From assembly GCF_006345805.1 (NCBI RefSeq), contig NC_042999.1:115444001-115508000 (forward strand): DNA of 64,000 bases. The letters run 5' to 3'. Numbering within the stretch: position 1 is the first letter of the stretch; each line of letters opens with the position of its first letter. The translations under genes were made by a program, and so were the position numbers. This document shows, piece by piece, positions 62,266-64,000 of the stretch. This DNA is from Octopus sinensis. Lineage: Eukaryota. The notes beneath the pieces were generated by a model, which saw only the letters and a list, made by a program, of their open reading frames with translations, searched no databases and had not been told where the DNA came from.

Positions 62266-63448
62266 TTAGGAGCTTTTTAATCCCACCAATGTAAAATATT
62301 TTGGTTTCAACTCTGAAATGTCAGTTTCGACGTCCTCCTGGCTTGCGAAAGTTATGTCTCCCAAATGATCCTGTACACTACGAAACAAATGGTAGTCTGA
62401 AGGAGCAAGGTCGGGAGAATAAGGTGGATGAGGAATTTTTTCCCAACTAAGCTCTTCAATCTTCTGTGATGTGATCTTTGCAGTGTGGGGTCGCACATGT
62501 TCCTGATGAAACATTACTCCTTTTCGATTCACTAAAGCGGGCCTTTTTTTCTTCAAAGCTTGGTTCAAACGCTCTAATTGCTGACAGTAGACTTGAGCAT
62601 TGATCGTTGCATTAGGTGGTAACAATTCAAAGTGAATTACTCCTTTGCAATCCCACCAGATAGAGAGAAGAACCTTTTTCCCATAAAGTTCCCTTCTCGG
62701 TTGTGGTTGAGCTTTTCCCCTTTTACCAAGCCTCTGTTTACGACGTTTAATATTTCGATAGAAAATCCATTTTTTGTCACCAGTCACAAGTCTATCCAAA
62801 AAGGGTGAAATGAGTTCGCGAGAATGGAGAGAAGAGCAGATGTCAACTCGGGATTTGCGGTTGCTTTCGGACAATTCAGGAGGACCCCATTTTCCAAGTT
62901 TAGGAACCTTTCCAAGTTGTTGAAGATGACGATGAACAATTGTATGGTTAGAACTAACCTTTTATTGCCAATTCTTCAACTGATAATGCAGAATTTTCTT
63001 CAAGTAATGCCTCAAGGAGCTTATCATCAAACTCAACTGGATGTCCTGTTCAATCTTCATCTTCAAGGCTGAAATCTCCACTTCTGAATTTTGCAACCCA
63101 TCTCCTGCAAGCTCTTTCATTCAAGCATTCTTTCCCATAAACTGAGTGTATATTTCAAGTCGCTTCGGCTGCAGAGTCTCCTTTTTTGTACTACGTGCCT
63201 TAAATGTATTTTTTGCATTACGTGCCTTAAATGCTCTTTGGATACTTCCATGTTAGAAAGGGTTTTAACCAAAGAAATTTTAATTCTATTATTCTATAAA
63301 ATAATATTTAATTAGTTTAAATGTACACAGATGCATAAAATAATTTTTACTTCCATTAGACATTCTAATATACTATTAAATTTCATTCAATTTTAAAAAA
63401 TGTAAAATCGGCTTGATGCCCGATCATGATGTTAATGGGATGACCTGA
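62266..63448 (-). mobile_element. Mariner element with broken transposase (same family as 42143-42800)
   Basis: 202-aa ORF with VTGDKKW, WWD, HQEHVRPH and YSPDLAPSDYHLF; N-terminus frameshifted; one interrupted TIR ends at 63448 followed by TA. Confidence 0.92.
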
Positions 63449-64000
63449 TAGAAGGCCACCTTGGTAAATTCTCCACCACGTTATTCTTTTAAGTCTAAGG
63501 TCATCATCATCCAATGTACTATAACCATCAGGAGTTGTTGATAGTTTGCAGTCGTAACAGTTGCAGGGTGGTACCACACAGATAACTAGCGTGGTGCCAC
63601 TCTGCATCTGATGCAACTTCGTCTCAACTGAGTGGACTGGAGCAACGTGAAATTAAGTGTCTTGTCTGAGGATACAATGCACCGACTGGTTCACGAATCG
63701 AACCCACAACATCATGATTGGGCACCCAACAGCATAACCACTGGGCCATGTACTTTAAGCTTTCATAAATTTTGGTTCATTTTATTTAACTGCTGGGAAA
63801 ATTTCTATTCTAAATATAGAATAAACAGGGTGTCCCCACGAAATATATATGAACATTGAATGAGTATATGATTATAGAGCCAGTGTTTATTTTTATAAAT
63901 GCCTGTTTTCAAATTGATGATCGTTCTGGTCCAGGCACTGCTGATAACGCGAAGCAATAGAATAGCAAACACCAAGAAACATTTCATATTTGTGCGTATT

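Noticed and set aside
62266-62874. Domesticated SETMAR-like gene
   Set aside because: N-terminus is frameshifted, the second catalytic Asp motif reads QEH, a TIR remains and there is no SET domain.

Overview
AT-rich, microsatellite- and transposon-dense animal DNA. The SINE and RTE-tail families look like those of an octopus genome (inference from repeat recognition, not a database search). The one clearly intact gene is MTHFR on the minus strand: six coding exons (29830 to 22390, 490 codons) with canonical GT-AG sites and consistent phases. I could not find the last three exons expected from human MTHFR in the 22 kb downstream. From about 17.9 kb to 0.17 kb on the minus strand lie stop- and frameshift-riddled segments that by eye resemble an ionotropic glutamate receptor-like pseudogene, with about four tandem LIVBP-like amino-terminal domains followed by an S1 ligand-binding segment; this needs HMM confirmation. 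The rest is nested mobile DNA: hAT, mariner, maT, Helitron, MITEs, a Gypsy remnant, Tx1/L1, CR1/L2, RTE, CRE and R4-like LINEs, and SINEs. Structural highlights: Penelope-type hammerhead ribozyme motifs, a pre-miRNA-like hairpin, a 1.15 kb fold-back palindrome and several near-perfect template-switch hairpins. All homology calls were made by eye; no searches were run.
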